Counted from the stretch's first letter, positions 28,401-37,855 are shown. The stretch: DNA of 54,246 nt from Flavobacteriales bacterium (GCA_016763645.1 JAESTK010000028.1:1-54246); one strand, 5' to 3'. The notes: generated by a model not told the origin, from the sequence alone. Numbers and translations are program-made.

Positions 28401-30145
28401 AAGCTTTTTGGGTAAAAGCAAGCGGAAGCTCTGGCACGATAACATTTAAAGAATCAGATAAAGCCACTGGTGGAACTTTTTATAGGTACGACAACTCTAA
28501 TAGTTTAAGAATAGCTGCGTCAGGACTAGGCTACAATACATCAACAGATGTTCGAGTAGATGCATCCGCCACTAGTGATTACGAACCACAGCTAGATGCG
28601 TTCTTTTGGAAAGGGTTAGATTACTCTGCCCCGAGTTTAATGACTATTGCCACTAACGGATTTGAGTTGAACATTAATACTGTAGGTGACACAACTACGG
28701 CAATTTCAATTCCTTTAAAATTCACGGTAGGGTCAGGTAAATCTGGCACATACACAATAGAAATTGAAGACCCTGCGGCATTAGCTAATCGTAGCTGTCT
28801 ATTCTTGGAGGATCTACATGAGGGAGTAACTATTGACTTGCGTCAAACACCATCATATTCATTCTATATTTCAGATACAGTAGCTTCTGCAAGATTCGTT
28901 TTGCATATTGGGGGTAAAGTTCAAGAGACACAAGAAAATGTAACGTGTTATGGCGGTGCAGATGGGTCTGTTCAAGTAACAGGTGCAGGAACGGGACCTT
29001 GGGATTATTCTATTATTAATCAAATAATTGGAGACACAATCGAAACAATCGCTGTTACTACATCAATGGATTATTCGCTACTAGAAGCGGGAAGTTATGA
29101 GGTTTTAGTTACCAATTCAGATGGCTCATGCGGAACATCAACGAATTATATCACCATTTTAGAACCGACTCAAGTTGTTGGTTCTAGCACACTGAATAAC
29201 GTTTCTTGTTTTGGAGAAAACACAGGGTCAATTAGTATTACTGCTACGGGAGGCGCTAGTCCATATGGTTATGAGTGGATCGATGGTTCGAATGGATTAG
29301 AAATGACTAATTTAACGGCAGGTACATATTCGGTGATCATTACAGATAATAGTGAATGCGAAATACAGCTAGTAGATATATTTATAACAGAACCACAAGC
29401 ACTAGGAATTAACACAGTATTAGGAAACATTACCTGTCATCAAAGTAACGATGGCTTTTTGTCTCTTGAGTTAAACGGAGGTCAAAGCCCATATTCGTAC
29501 TTATGGAGTAATCAATCTAACACATCCATTATTTCTGATTTAGAGTCTGGAATTTATGCAGTAACCGTAACAGACGCAAATAATTGCGTAATTGAAACAA
29601 CTATGGAACTTACCAAGCCAGTGCAGGTTGTTGCTGGGTTTAGCTTGTCGGCTGATACCGTAGCTTTGGTTAATGGTGAGGTTTTCGTTTTGTTTACGAA
29701 CACTAGCACAGCAAGCACTTCTGTTAATTGGAATTTTGGAAATGGATTCTCGTCCACTGAGAACGACCCTAGTACTACATACACAAGTGCAGGAACATAT
29801 TATATTGAACTAATTGCATCAAATGATAATGGATGTTCGGAAAGTATGATACAAACAGTTGTTGTTAACGAAAAAGAAGGTACTGGGATAGAATCTATAC
29901 AAACGCAACAACTTAGTGTGATTAATACAAATCAGGGGCTTTTGGTTACAAACAACTTTAACTACCAGGTATCTGATGTAGAACTAACGGTTTATAATTC
30001 TTTAGGTCAGACCATTTATAGTTCGTCTCATTCGTTTGCAGGCAACGCACAGGTAGTAATACCAACTGAAGAAGAGGCTGCAGGGGTTTACATCTTGAAA
30101 ATGCAGTTAGACGATAAAGTCGAGTCTTATAAGTTCGCTAAATAA
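25409..30145 (+). CDS. very large secreted protein: paralogous N-terminal region, SprB repeats, PKD domain, T9SS type-A C-terminal domain
   Basis: The N-terminal region of about 330 aa aligns with 21869..25270. SprB-type repeats are VTCYGGADGS, VSCFGENTGS and ITCHQSNDGF. A PKD-like segment is WNFGNGFSS...YYIELIASNDNGC. The C-terminal domain is LTVYNSLGQTIY...YILKMQ. The start is uncertain (ATG 25409, GTG 25430 or ATG 25469). Confidence 0.8.
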   Translation: MLIFGQNVTEIIKIGWKYLCMTVLVAVFSSSVFSMAGPKYAVNPFSDISFCDAVPTAYVVASTFSIVETNVKGFKKGQNENIVLTLPTGFEFNPGVGTVTFDAGNDITSIAVNSITASQIDIQVVTDKDDFIDAIHFSNFEIRAVSASASGDLLRGATSGPGNFKIDGFADFPGDGNPNAAESLGFLYSGPDMTYTSSTTTQGNTNSVSPNSTDAEMIGVEIETNGLCTPFNLTELNFDTDGGNGSGSDAPSTDILNARVYYTGTSSTFAKTNQFGSDMTTPSGTFSITGAQELTEGTNYFWLVYDLPSGAVVDNEIDAQCTSVVLDGSGGTQTPTVTNPSGARVIAAYFSRQTGNWSDVNSWSVGSCGGAVATGVPGASDDVVICSGNTISLDGAITVNKIIISDGGVLNDGGGANGLTLNGNFQTLGTGYFVFPSNGNLVVNGDAIFQGTGSSTLSGIATFTGELNVGSGVTLTQTANKDVLLKGDLICDGTIALTGTKKLKMDGFTASSISGVGTITSTNAASMFEIKNADRTILAGTDLTIQPYVHLNSNTITVINNGSINMQYNGVNTQGDINGKSSACVWTNAENASLKYEGRTTMFNTAGVLIAAASGNTVNYSSDVAQTMILPQSNIYYNLTTSGAGIKTAAGDIDVDGDVLIDSDFDTGTNNLNIAGNWTNNSSFVIGSGTIEFDGASLIGGTATTTVADVNITGIMTGPVSGTLNVTGNWTSTGTFVHNSSNIVFNGSTAQTISGTNTFHDVTINNSSGVSISSGTGGIEGSLTLTSGTFNTNSVLTLISNASGTGRIAEITGGSITGNVMSQQYVSAADGWRLMSSPVDGTTLADLSSEFWTSGFSGATYPTNSFVSVYTYDETVSGDLNQGYVSASNITDGLDPTKGFFAWVGALPIGSGITETLNVTGTTNTGNQVATVNYTDDPSYSDSHDGWALMGNPFPSDIDWSTVTISGGVTPFAYLYDPSTSSYITLDQSSSNVISQHQAFWVKASGSSGTITFKESDKATGGTFYRYDNSNSLRIAASGLGYNTSTDVRVDASATSDYEPQLDAFFWKGLDYSAPSLMTIATNGFELNINTVGDTTTAISIPLKFTVGSGKSGTYTIEIEDPAALANRSCLFLEDLHEGVTIDLRQTPSYSFYISDTVASARFVLHIGGKVQETQENVTCYGGADGSVQVTGAGTGPWDYSIINQIIGDTIETIAVTTSMDYSLLEAGSYEVLVTNSDGSCGTSTNYITILEPTQVVGSSTLNNVSCFGENTGSISITATGGASPYGYEWIDGSNGLEMTNLTAGTYSVIITDNSECEIQLVDIFITEPQALGINTVLGNITCHQSNDGFLSLELNGGQSPYSYLWSNQSNTSIISDLESGIYAVTVTDANNCVIETTMELTKPVQVVAGFSLSADTVALVNGEVFVLFTNTSTASTSVNWNFGNGFSSTENDPSTTYTSAGTYYIELIASNDNGCSESMIQTVVVNEKEGTGIESIQTQQLSVINTNQGLLVTNNFNYQVSDVELTVYNSLGQTIYSSSHSFAGNAQVVIPTEEEAAGVYILKMQLDDKVESYKFAK

Positions 30146-30245
30146 GTTTCTTTCAAAAGTCATTTTTCATTCTGCACCCCATTCCTTTAAAAAATTATCT
30201 TTTTGTAAAATAGTATTTTACTAAGTTTACACTCTAAAACGGATT

Positions 30246-31061
30246 ATGTTAAGCTATATAGATTGGCAGGTTAGCCCTTTGGCTTTTGAAATAGGGCCAA
30301 TATCATATCAGTGGTATGGTATTCTATTTATGACAGGCATTTGGCTGTCCTATCAACTGGTGGCGTGGTTATTTAAGCAAGAAAATATTGATACGAAAAA
30401 CCTATTCAATGCCGCATTGGTAATTGTTATAGGAGTTATAGTTGGGGCACGCTTGGGTGAGGTGTTTTTTTATAGTTGGGATTATTTTTCGCAACACTTA
30501 GATGAAATTCCAATGATTTGGCTAGGAGGGTTAGCTAGTCACGGAGCAATAATCGGAATAATAATTACGAGCTACATAGCTGTAAAGTATAGGTTAAAAG
30601 TTCCCGCGCTATGGTTTGCTGACCGAATGGTAATGGCATCTTGTGTTGCCAGTGGGTTTATTAGATTGGGGAATTTAATGAACCATGAAATCATAGGAAA
30701 ACCAACCGAAGTGCCGTGGGCTTTTGTTTTTCATAATAGCAGTGTCGATTTATTGCCCAGACACCCGGCTCAACTTTACGAAGTGGCTTTTTTCGGATTA
30801 ATCTTTTTGATTTTAGGGTACATGTATCTAAAGACAAATGCGAAAACGAAACCGGGATTACTAGCGGGTTGGTTCTTTATCCTGATGCCAGCAATGCGAA
30901 TATTTGTTGAATTTTTTAAACATTCGCAAGGCGGTTTCGAAAGCAGTTTTGGAAACGTATTAAGCACAGGGCAATTATTGAGTATTCCTTTTATATTCTT
31001 AGGAATTGCATTAATTGTTTGGTCGTGGGAGCGAAAGAAAGCAGCACCTACAACTGACTAG
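30246..31061 (+). CDS. lgt: prolipoprotein diacylglyceryl transferase
   Basis: This is a 271-aa polytopic protein with the HPAQLYE signature and a GLASHGAIIG region. Confidence 0.9.
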   Translation: MLSYIDWQVSPLAFEIGPISYQWYGILFMTGIWLSYQLVAWLFKQENIDTKNLFNAALVIVIGVIVGARLGEVFFYSWDYFSQHLDEIPMIWLGGLASHGAIIGIIITSYIAVKYRLKVPALWFADRMVMASCVASGFIRLGNLMNHEIIGKPTEVPWAFVFHNSSVDLLPRHPAQLYEVAFFGLIFLILGYMYLKTNAKTKPGLLAGWFFILMPAMRIFVEFFKHSQGGFESSFGNVLSTGQLLSIPFIFLGIALIVWSWERKKAAPTTD

Positions 31062-34000
31062 CCAGCACACAAGTTATTTTTTCGTTAATTACATCACCGG
31101 TGGTGGTATATGCGCTAAAGAAAATGATATAAATCCCAATACGAGACTTTTCGTTAATGTCGTTGGTGCCATCCCAGGAAATGGTTCCTTCGGGACCTAA
31201 TAATTCGTTATTCATTAACTGCCTAACTAATCGACCTTTTGCATCATAAATTAGAACTGTACCTACATAACCTGGTTCTGGCAACTTGTAACTTATGTTT
31301 AGTACATCGTTATACCCATCTTGGTCGGGCGAAAATATTTCAGGGTCAACGCCAATGTTGTTGTTTGGTGCTTCTGTGGGTTGGTATTGCGAGTTTTCGT
31401 AACCAGGTGTAGCGAAGCCAATGTTTTCTGCCGCAGAGTGCCAATTGGTATAATCGTTAGTTTCACGATCAAAGTCAAGCCGTTCCAGTGAAACTCCTTT
31501 GTCATCAGTCAACAAGGGAAAGTGCATGTCCGAATCGTAATCAAAACGATCAGAAACTTCATTGTCTTGGGTAATTAATATCACGGTGCCATCATCATTT
31601 GAGTACGTTGGTAATGAACTAATTTCAACAAAGGTGTTTTGTGCCGACAGCGGATAATAGCTTAAAGTCGTGATAGTATCCTTTGTTATTAATGCATAAC
31701 TGTCTGGGTAAACGATGTATTGTTCACTATCAATCGGTTTAATATTATCTATCGTATCAGTATCGAAATCGTAACTCGCTAAACTCCATTTTGAGATGTC
31801 GATATAGCGGGGTGAATTATTGTATACCTCAACAAAATCAGAGCCGCCAGTTAATGGGTTGAATAGTATTTCATTCAGAATAATATCCCCGGGTTCTCCA
31901 TTTTCTGGGAGAACAAAATCAGCAGTATTATCTGCAATTAAATTCCCTGGGCAATCGGTAATATTATCTGTAGTTAGTGTGTAAATCGTACTGGTACTTA
32001 TTGGAGATATGAATAGAGTAAGTCCATAATAATTGGTATTATCTAGCTGAATAGAATCAATTGTGATGTTGTTATTGATGCTATAATTTCCTGCAAGTAG
32101 TGAGCTAAAATTCATACCCTCACTAAATACCGCAATGATTTCGGTTGATGAATTTACAAGTACCTTAACTAGATTAGGCGAAATGGCATCTGGCGCTAAA
32201 TTGTAAACTGAATTTTGTGTTCCAGGGGTGCCACCAGAAGTGTCTGTTGAAGCCTGCCAGTTGTTGTCAAAATTGCAAACCGAAAACGGGTTTACCCTCT
32301 CTAACGTATACCCCCCATTATCTTTTTCAGAATCGGCATACCAAGAACTGTTGTAAGACACTTGGTCAATTATCGTTCCTGATGCATTTGCTAAGGTTAT
32401 TGTTTCACCACCGTTTGTAAGAGATGGCCAAGACGATAATCCGATTACTGTTCCGTATTGACTAAACAACAAAGTGTCTTCATCTTCGCAGAGAATGACA
32501 AATCCATTGGCGACAATATAAGTTCCATCGGGAATATTTGCACCATCGTATTTACATCTAGATAGATTTATCACCTTGTTGGTGGTATTAAATAGTTCAA
32601 TAAACTCTTGGTCGGGCAAGCCAATAATTGGACTAGGATCGGCAAAAATTTCATTGATAACCACATCACCAAAAGCGGGGGTTGGTGCCAAAATAAATTC
32701 GATTGAGTTTGGTGTTCCAATCGAATTACCTGGGCAATCAGTTACACCTGTTACAGTTACGGTATAGGTAATTCCTGTATCCAAAGCGGAATTAAAGAAG
32801 AGGAAAACAGAATCGAACGGAGAGCCTAATGTCGTTGCTGAGAAAACAGAAATCCCCCCCGAAATAGTATATGTTCCGGCAACCAAACTGGCACTATCCA
32901 TAGGTTCGCTAAAGGCAAGTTTGATGGTAAGCGCACTGGTTATAACCACATCGGTTAGAGCAGGTAAATTTTGATCTGGCGAAGCATCATAAATTGAGTT
33001 TTGCGCCCCAGGAGTGCCACCCAAGAAATTGTTTGCTGCAGCCCAGTTAGTTGACCCGTTACATATTGCAGTTGGATTTTTTTTTTCTAAACTCCATCCT
33101 CCATCATCTTTTTCGTTGTCCAGATACCAATCATCTGAGTAATCAATTTGGTCAATAATATTGCCTTGCGCATCTACTAAATCAATTAATTCTCCTCCAT
33201 TTGTAAGTGAAGGAAATGATACCAGACCTGCAATATTTCCAAAGCCATTAAATTCATCAGTATCATTAATTGAGCATAAAATTAAGTACCCGTTAGGATC
33301 AATAAATGTATTTACAGGAAGTTCTGCACCATCAAAAAGTACATTGGATAAATCAATTAATTGAGCTGTGGTATTATACAGTTCCACAAATTCTTTACCA
33401 GGCAATGAAACGGAAGGCGTTGGGTCACACATAATTTCATTAATTACAACTGCGTTAGGCATTGCTGGAAACCCAATAACAAAGTCTCCTGTATTGTTGC
33501 CAAGGTCATTACCGGGGCAATCGGTAATCCCAGACACTATAACGGTATATGCAAAAGCAGTATCAATATTGGCATCTAGCGTTAAGGTTGTGGAAGTGAA
33601 TGGTGAAACGCTTACAGCTGAATTTGTGGCAGACAAGCCATTATTAATAGTGTATATTCCATTTGCGAGCGAGGTGCTATCCATAGGCTCGTTAAATGTT
33701 AGCTGCATTTGATTGGTATCGAGAACAACAACCGAAACAAGGTTTGGAGAGTTTGTGTCGGGAATGGTATCAAAAACAGAATTTTCAGTTCCAGGGGTAC
33801 CTCCAGAAACATCGTTACTTGCAATCCAATTAGATTCAAAACTACAAGAGGTAACAGAATTAATACGTTCTAAGCTCCAGCCACCGTTATCTTTTACCGC
33901 ATCTTGATACCAACTAATGTCATATTCAACTTGATCTATCAATTGATTCGATGCGTTTTCGAAAGTAAGTAGTTTACCTCCGTTGGTTAGTGTTGGAAAA

Positions 34001-36000
34001 CTCGCTATACCAATCACATTGTTATAAGCAGTAAATAGGGCAGTATCGCTTGTCGAGCAAATTACCATATAGTCATTCGGGAGAATATTTCCAGGAGAAA
34101 TAAGCGCGCCATTGAAATAAGTACCACTAAGATCAATTAATTTTGTTGAGGTATTATATAGCTCAATGTATTCTGAGGCAGGTAACCCAATAATCGGGTC
34201 TGGATCTGCAAAAATCTCATTGATTACAACTTGGCCTGCAACAGGTTCAGATCCAATAACGAATTGTAAAGAATTACTCGCACTTATAATATTTCCAGGA
34301 CAATCGGTTACAGAATTTACCGTAACAGAATAAAACGTACCAGTATCAATTGATGCAGCAAGTACAAGTGTAACGGATTGTAAATCACTAGCAACTGTTT
34401 GAACAAAATCTAAAGAAACTCCTCCAGTAAAAGCATAAACCCCTGTTGCAAGGCTGGCACTATCCATTGTTTCGCTGAAGAACAGCTGAATGGTAGAGTC
34501 GTTTACAATCGTTAAACTCACCAAATCGGGAGCTGCAACATCTGCCACTACGCTGTAAATTGAGTTTTGCTCTCCGGGAGTGCCGCCAATAGTGTCGTTG
34601 CTGGCGCTCCAATTAGATGGCGAAGCATCACATGGCGAAATGGGATTGATTAGCTCTAAACTCCAACCACCACCATCTTTTATCACATCATTATACCATG
34701 AAATATCGTAAGAAACAATGTCTACTGTTGTTCCAGAATTATCCAATAATGTTAGGCTATCGCCTCCATTTGTTAGGGCTGTCCAAGATGAAAAACCTAC
34801 AACATATCCATAAGATTGAAACGTAGTGGTATCATTTACATGGCAAAGAATTACAAACGAATCGGGATACAGCAACAACGAGGGCATTGTTTTAACGGTT
34901 GTTGAATTAACAAATTGCCAACCCGACATATCATAAATGTTCGAGCTAGCATTGTACAGCTCAACAAACTCAACCGTTGGTAAATACACTTGAGGACTAG
35001 GGTCTGCAAAAATCTCGTTGAACACTATATCCTTATAACTGGGGGCAACGCTGGTAAAGTAGAAAAACGGAAAGGTGTCACTTATCATTACGTTGCTGGA
35101 CCTATCTTCCACTGCAGAAATGAAAAGCGTATCATTTTGCCCATTTAAGAAAGCGGTTGAAAAAGCTAGGTGAACGAGAGAAGAATCGCTAGCGTCAATA
35201 GTAGCTGCAGTTGAACTTTCTTGTGCATTAGCAATAAAATAGTTGGTTAAAGTTGTACCAGAGGTTACATCTATATTTTCAGAAAAATAAACATCAATAC
35301 TGGTTGTGTTTAGCACTTTTATCGAATCGATAATGGGAGGTGTTATATCTGAAAAAACTTCGCTAACGTATATATCATCGAACCAAAACTTATCAGACCG
35401 CGTGCTAGTATATCGAGAGTAAACACCAAAAAAACTAGTAGTTGTGTGGGTTACATCTAGTGTTGTTCCTTCAGAAACGAACGTTGTACCGCCAGCAGAA
35501 TCGACCATTAAAGCCCAGTTACCAACACCATCGCGCGTTACTCTAATTCGTGCTAAAACAGTTGAAGTTCCAACTCGGCCATCTAGCCCATCAATAATTT
35601 CTGAAGAAGAAGTTCCGGTTTGTTCATATAAACTGACTTCGTCAGAAGTGCCTCCAATACGAACAAAATATCCGTTTACATCTCCTTTTAAATCAGAATT
35701 ATCGGAAACTAAATATACTTGTGCGTAGTTGGAGCTAGATGTTCCAAAATCCATTTGTACTAGAAATTCCCAAAAAGAATTGTCAATGGTATCACTTGCT
35801 ACACTAAGGTATGAGGTGTCAGAAGTCGTAGGAGCATTTAAGTGTAAGGCGTTAGTTCCATCAATTTCGAAATTAGAAGTCTCTCCAATCCAAGTAGGAT
35901 TATTGGTAAAATCTCCATCAGAAAAATTGTCCTGAAATTGGGCCGATACAAATAGCGTAGTTAGCGTTAAGCAGGTTAGGAATAGAATATGTTTAATCAT
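31048..36000 (-). CDS. giant secreted protein with five lamin-tail-domain (LTD) modules alternating with Ig-like modules and a CHU_C/FlgD-Ig-like C-terminal domain
   Basis: The 1650-aa ORF has a signal peptide ending FVSAQ. VVINEIFADPSP...EFIELYN...LTNGG...DGGWSLE recurs five times. The C-terminus is FSPDQDGYNDVL... Confidence 0.85.
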   Translation of the reverse strand: MIKHILFLTCLTLTTLFVSAQFQDNFSDGDFTNNPTWIGETSNFEIDGTNALHLNAPTTSDTSYLSVASDTIDNSFWEFLVQMDFGTSSSNYAQVYLVSDNSDLKGDVNGYFVRIGGTSDEVSLYEQTGTSSSEIIDGLDGRVGTSTVLARIRVTRDGVGNWALMVDSAGGTTFVSEGTTLDVTHTTTSFFGVYSRYTSTRSDKFWFDDIYVSEVFSDITPPIIDSIKVLNTTSIDVYFSENIDVTSGTTLTNYFIANAQESSTAATIDASDSSLVHLAFSTAFLNGQNDTLFISAVEDRSSNVMISDTFPFFYFTSVAPSYKDIVFNEIFADPSPQVYLPTVEFVELYNASSNIYDMSGWQFVNSTTVKTMPSLLLYPDSFVILCHVNDTTTFQSYGYVVGFSSWTALTNGGDSLTLLDNSGTTVDIVSYDISWYNDVIKDGGGWSLELINPISPCDASPSNWSASNDTIGGTPGEQNSIYSVVADVAAPDLVSLTIVNDSTIQLFFSETMDSASLATGVYAFTGGVSLDFVQTVASDLQSVTLVLAASIDTGTFYSVTVNSVTDCPGNIISASNSLQFVIGSEPVAGQVVINEIFADPDPIIGLPASEYIELYNTSTKLIDLSGTYFNGALISPGNILPNDYMVICSTSDTALFTAYNNVIGIASFPTLTNGGKLLTFENASNQLIDQVEYDISWYQDAVKDNGGWSLERINSVTSCSFESNWIASNDVSGGTPGTENSVFDTIPDTNSPNLVSVVVLDTNQMQLTFNEPMDSTSLANGIYTINNGLSATNSAVSVSPFTSTTLTLDANIDTAFAYTVIVSGITDCPGNDLGNNTGDFVIGFPAMPNAVVINEIMCDPTPSVSLPGKEFVELYNTTAQLIDLSNVLFDGAELPVNTFIDPNGYLILCSINDTDEFNGFGNIAGLVSFPSLTNGGELIDLVDAQGNIIDQIDYSDDWYLDNEKDDGGWSLEKKNPTAICNGSTNWAAANNFLGGTPGAQNSIYDASPDQNLPALTDVVITSALTIKLAFSEPMDSASLVAGTYTISGGISVFSATTLGSPFDSVFLFFNSALDTGITYTVTVTGVTDCPGNSIGTPNSIEFILAPTPAFGDVVINEIFADPSPIIGLPDQEFIELFNTTNKVINLSRCKYDGANIPDGTYIVANGFVILCEDEDTLLFSQYGTVIGLSSWPSLTNGGETITLANASGTIIDQVSYNSSWYADSEKDNGGYTLERVNPFSVCNFDNNWQASTDTSGGTPGTQNSVYNLAPDAISPNLVKVLVNSSTEIIAVFSEGMNFSSLLAGNYSINNNITIDSIQLDNTNYYGLTLFISPISTSTIYTLTTDNITDCPGNLIADNTADFVLPENGEPGDIILNEILFNPLTGGSDFVEVYNNSPRYIDISKWSLASYDFDTDTIDNIKPIDSEQYIVYPDSYALITKDTITTLSYYPLSAQNTFVEISSLPTYSNDDGTVILITQDNEVSDRFDYDSDMHFPLLTDDKGVSLERLDFDRETNDYTNWHSAAENIGFATPGYENSQYQPTEAPNNNIGVDPEIFSPDQDGYNDVLNISYKLPEPGYVGTVLIYDAKGRLVRQLMNNELLGPEGTISWDGTNDINEKSRIGIYIIFFSAYTTTGDVINEKITCVLASQL
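31900..35040 (-). repeat. tandem intragenic modules of about 780-800 nt (LTD plus Ig-like), four copies, followed by a degenerate fifth LTD
   Basis: The reverse complement of the NEIFADP motif recurs at about 35005, 34205, 33430, 32640 and 31865 on the + strand. Confidence 0.7.
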
Positions 36001-36108
36001 ATAAATCGTGAAAAATCAGCAACTAAATGTACAATAAGTAAGCGGGGATACAAATTATTTAGAAACTGGGTAAAACGGGAGCTTCAAATTTTTCTTTTCT
36101 TTGTATGA

Positions 36109-37713
36109 ATGAAAGGCTTCTTAACAACAATCATTGCCATAACTCTTTTCTTATTAGGGAATAGTGTTGTCGCGCAGAGTAAAACAGGCATTGAAGAGGC
36201 CAGAGAGGCTTTCGAGAATCAAAGATATATAGATGCAATTGGGCTCACAGAAGAGTTGCTTGGTAGAATTGAAAATAATCCAATTGAATTATCACGGGTG
36301 TTAAGGCTTTTAGGGGATGTATATACTGACATCAATCAATTCGAGGTTGCACAAGAAACGTATTTCGAGGCGCTAAAGGCAGTTGAGGAAGGACACGCAT
36401 CTCTTGAAAAGGCTGATGTTTTATTGAGCATAGGAACATTATATATGACGCTTGGAGAATTTGACAAAGCGATTGGATATTTGTATCGATCCAAGCAAAG
36501 TTTTCAGGAAGCAAATCAAGAACAGAATAAACAATTTATCCATTGCCTTCAAATGATTGGGATTGTCTATGGAAACATTTCTGAGCTTGATAGTTCATTG
36601 TATTATTTTAATAATTCAATTGCTATAGCTCGATTACGTAACGACAAGACGCTAACAGGGGGCTTGTTAAACAACATTGGTGCAATATATTCTAAACAAG
36701 GCAAGTTGGATAGCGCGATTCAGAAATATTCTCTTGCCCTGCAAATGTTTCAAGAAATACAAAATGACATTGGTATCGGGGTTTCTATTAGTAACGTAGC
36801 TTTTATAAGCCAAAAGAAAGGCGATTATGCTAAATCAATTAAAGAGTATCTAAAATCGATTAAATACTTTAGCGAGGTAAAGGCGATACCTTATTTATCG
36901 AATAATTACGATAACCTGAGTTATTCTTATGAATTGAACAGCCAACAAGACAGTGCATTAATTTTTTACAAAAAACACATTGAACTCCAAGATAGTTTGG
37001 GAAGAAAAGAAATGCTTGAACGAATAGCCAACCTTGAAATTAAGTATGAAATTGAGAAAAAGAACCAACAACTCGCCCTTTTATCGAAGGAGAATAAAAT
37101 TATAGAACAAGAGAAGGCCATAAAAGATAAGCAATTTAATCTGGTATTAATTTCCGCGATTTCACTATTGATTCTTGGCGGATTGGTTATTATAAGCTTA
37201 CGCGTGTCGCTAAAAAATAACAAGCTGAAGCAGGTAGTTTTAAAAAGTGACAAACAAAACTTGGAGCACGACCTTTCCTATAAAACAAAGGAGTTAGAAA
37301 ACTTTGCTATGCACCTAGTTAAACGGAATGACGTATTGGTAGAGGTAAAAAGCTCCTTGAAAAATATGAGGAGGTATTCGAGTATTGAGAATACTCAGAT
37401 GCTAACAGAGCTTACACTTAAGATAAACAATATAACTAAAAGTAGTAATGAGTTGAAAAATCTTCAAGCTCGACTTGAAGAAGTAAACCAATTGTTTTTT
37501 AGTCGGTTAGAAAAGAAATACCCTCAGCTAACTCATAATGAGAGGCAATTATGCGGGTTAATAAAAATGGGACTATCATCCAAAGAGGTTGCTTTGCTGA
37601 ATGATGTTACAGAGCGCGCTATTATTACCGCACGTCATAGACTGCGTAAAAAAATTGAGATTTCCACCGCTCAAAATTTGGTAGATTTCTTAAACACCAT
37701 AGAGTTAGGTTAA
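36109..37713 (+). CDS. transmembrane TPR-repeat regulator with C-terminal LuxR-type HTH
   Basis: The ORF has a signal/anchor sequence, TPR-like repeats, a TM helix (LVLISAISLLILGGLVIISL), a coiled-coil region, and the HTH LTHNERQLCGLIKMGLSSKEVALLNDVTERAIITARHRLRKK. Confidence 0.8.
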   Translation: MKGFLTTIIAITLFLLGNSVVAQSKTGIEEAREAFENQRYIDAIGLTEELLGRIENNPIELSRVLRLLGDVYTDINQFEVAQETYFEALKAVEEGHASLEKADVLLSIGTLYMTLGEFDKAIGYLYRSKQSFQEANQEQNKQFIHCLQMIGIVYGNISELDSSLYYFNNSIAIARLRNDKTLTGGLLNNIGAIYSKQGKLDSAIQKYSLALQMFQEIQNDIGIGVSISNVAFISQKKGDYAKSIKEYLKSIKYFSEVKAIPYLSNNYDNLSYSYELNSQQDSALIFYKKHIELQDSLGRKEMLERIANLEIKYEIEKKNQQLALLSKENKIIEQEKAIKDKQFNLVLISAISLLILGGLVIISLRVSLKNNKLKQVVLKSDKQNLEHDLSYKTKELENFAMHLVKRNDVLVEVKSSLKNMRRYSSIENTQMLTELTLKINNITKSSNELKNLQARLEEVNQLFFSRLEKKYPQLTHNERQLCGLIKMGLSSKEVALLNDVTERAIITARHRLRKKIEISTAQNLVDFLNTIELG

Positions 37714-37801
37714 TGTTACGTGTAAATATTGGACATTTATCGGCACGTATACATTATATAATTAGGAAGCCCCTTTAAAAGTCGAATTATATAATAGATA
37801 T

Positions 37802-37855
37802 TGTATACATAAAATTGAGACTTTTTCCGGTTTATTGGATAAATGTATACATAAA
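37802..37855 (+). promoter_or_regulatory. direct repeats TGTATACATAAA x2 flanking a TAAAATTGAG box
   Basis: The exact 12-mers lie at 37802-37813 and 37844-37855. A third GTATACAT lies at 37747-37754. The element is 75-130 nt upstream of the ATG at 37930. Confidence 0.3.

Noticed and set aside
29285-29293. GGTTCGAAT, a tRNA T-loop-like string.
   Set aside because: It lies inside the 1584-aa ORF and has no flanking T-stem, acceptor or anticodon-arm complementarity. No tRNA genes were recognised in any intergenic region.
31900-35040. Regular periodicity of about 790 nt that could suggest a repeat array or CRISPR-like structure.
   Set aside because: The period is far too long and the copies are diverged. 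The periodicity is fully explained by protein domain repeats in one continuous ORF. No short direct repeats with unique spacers occur anywhere in the window.
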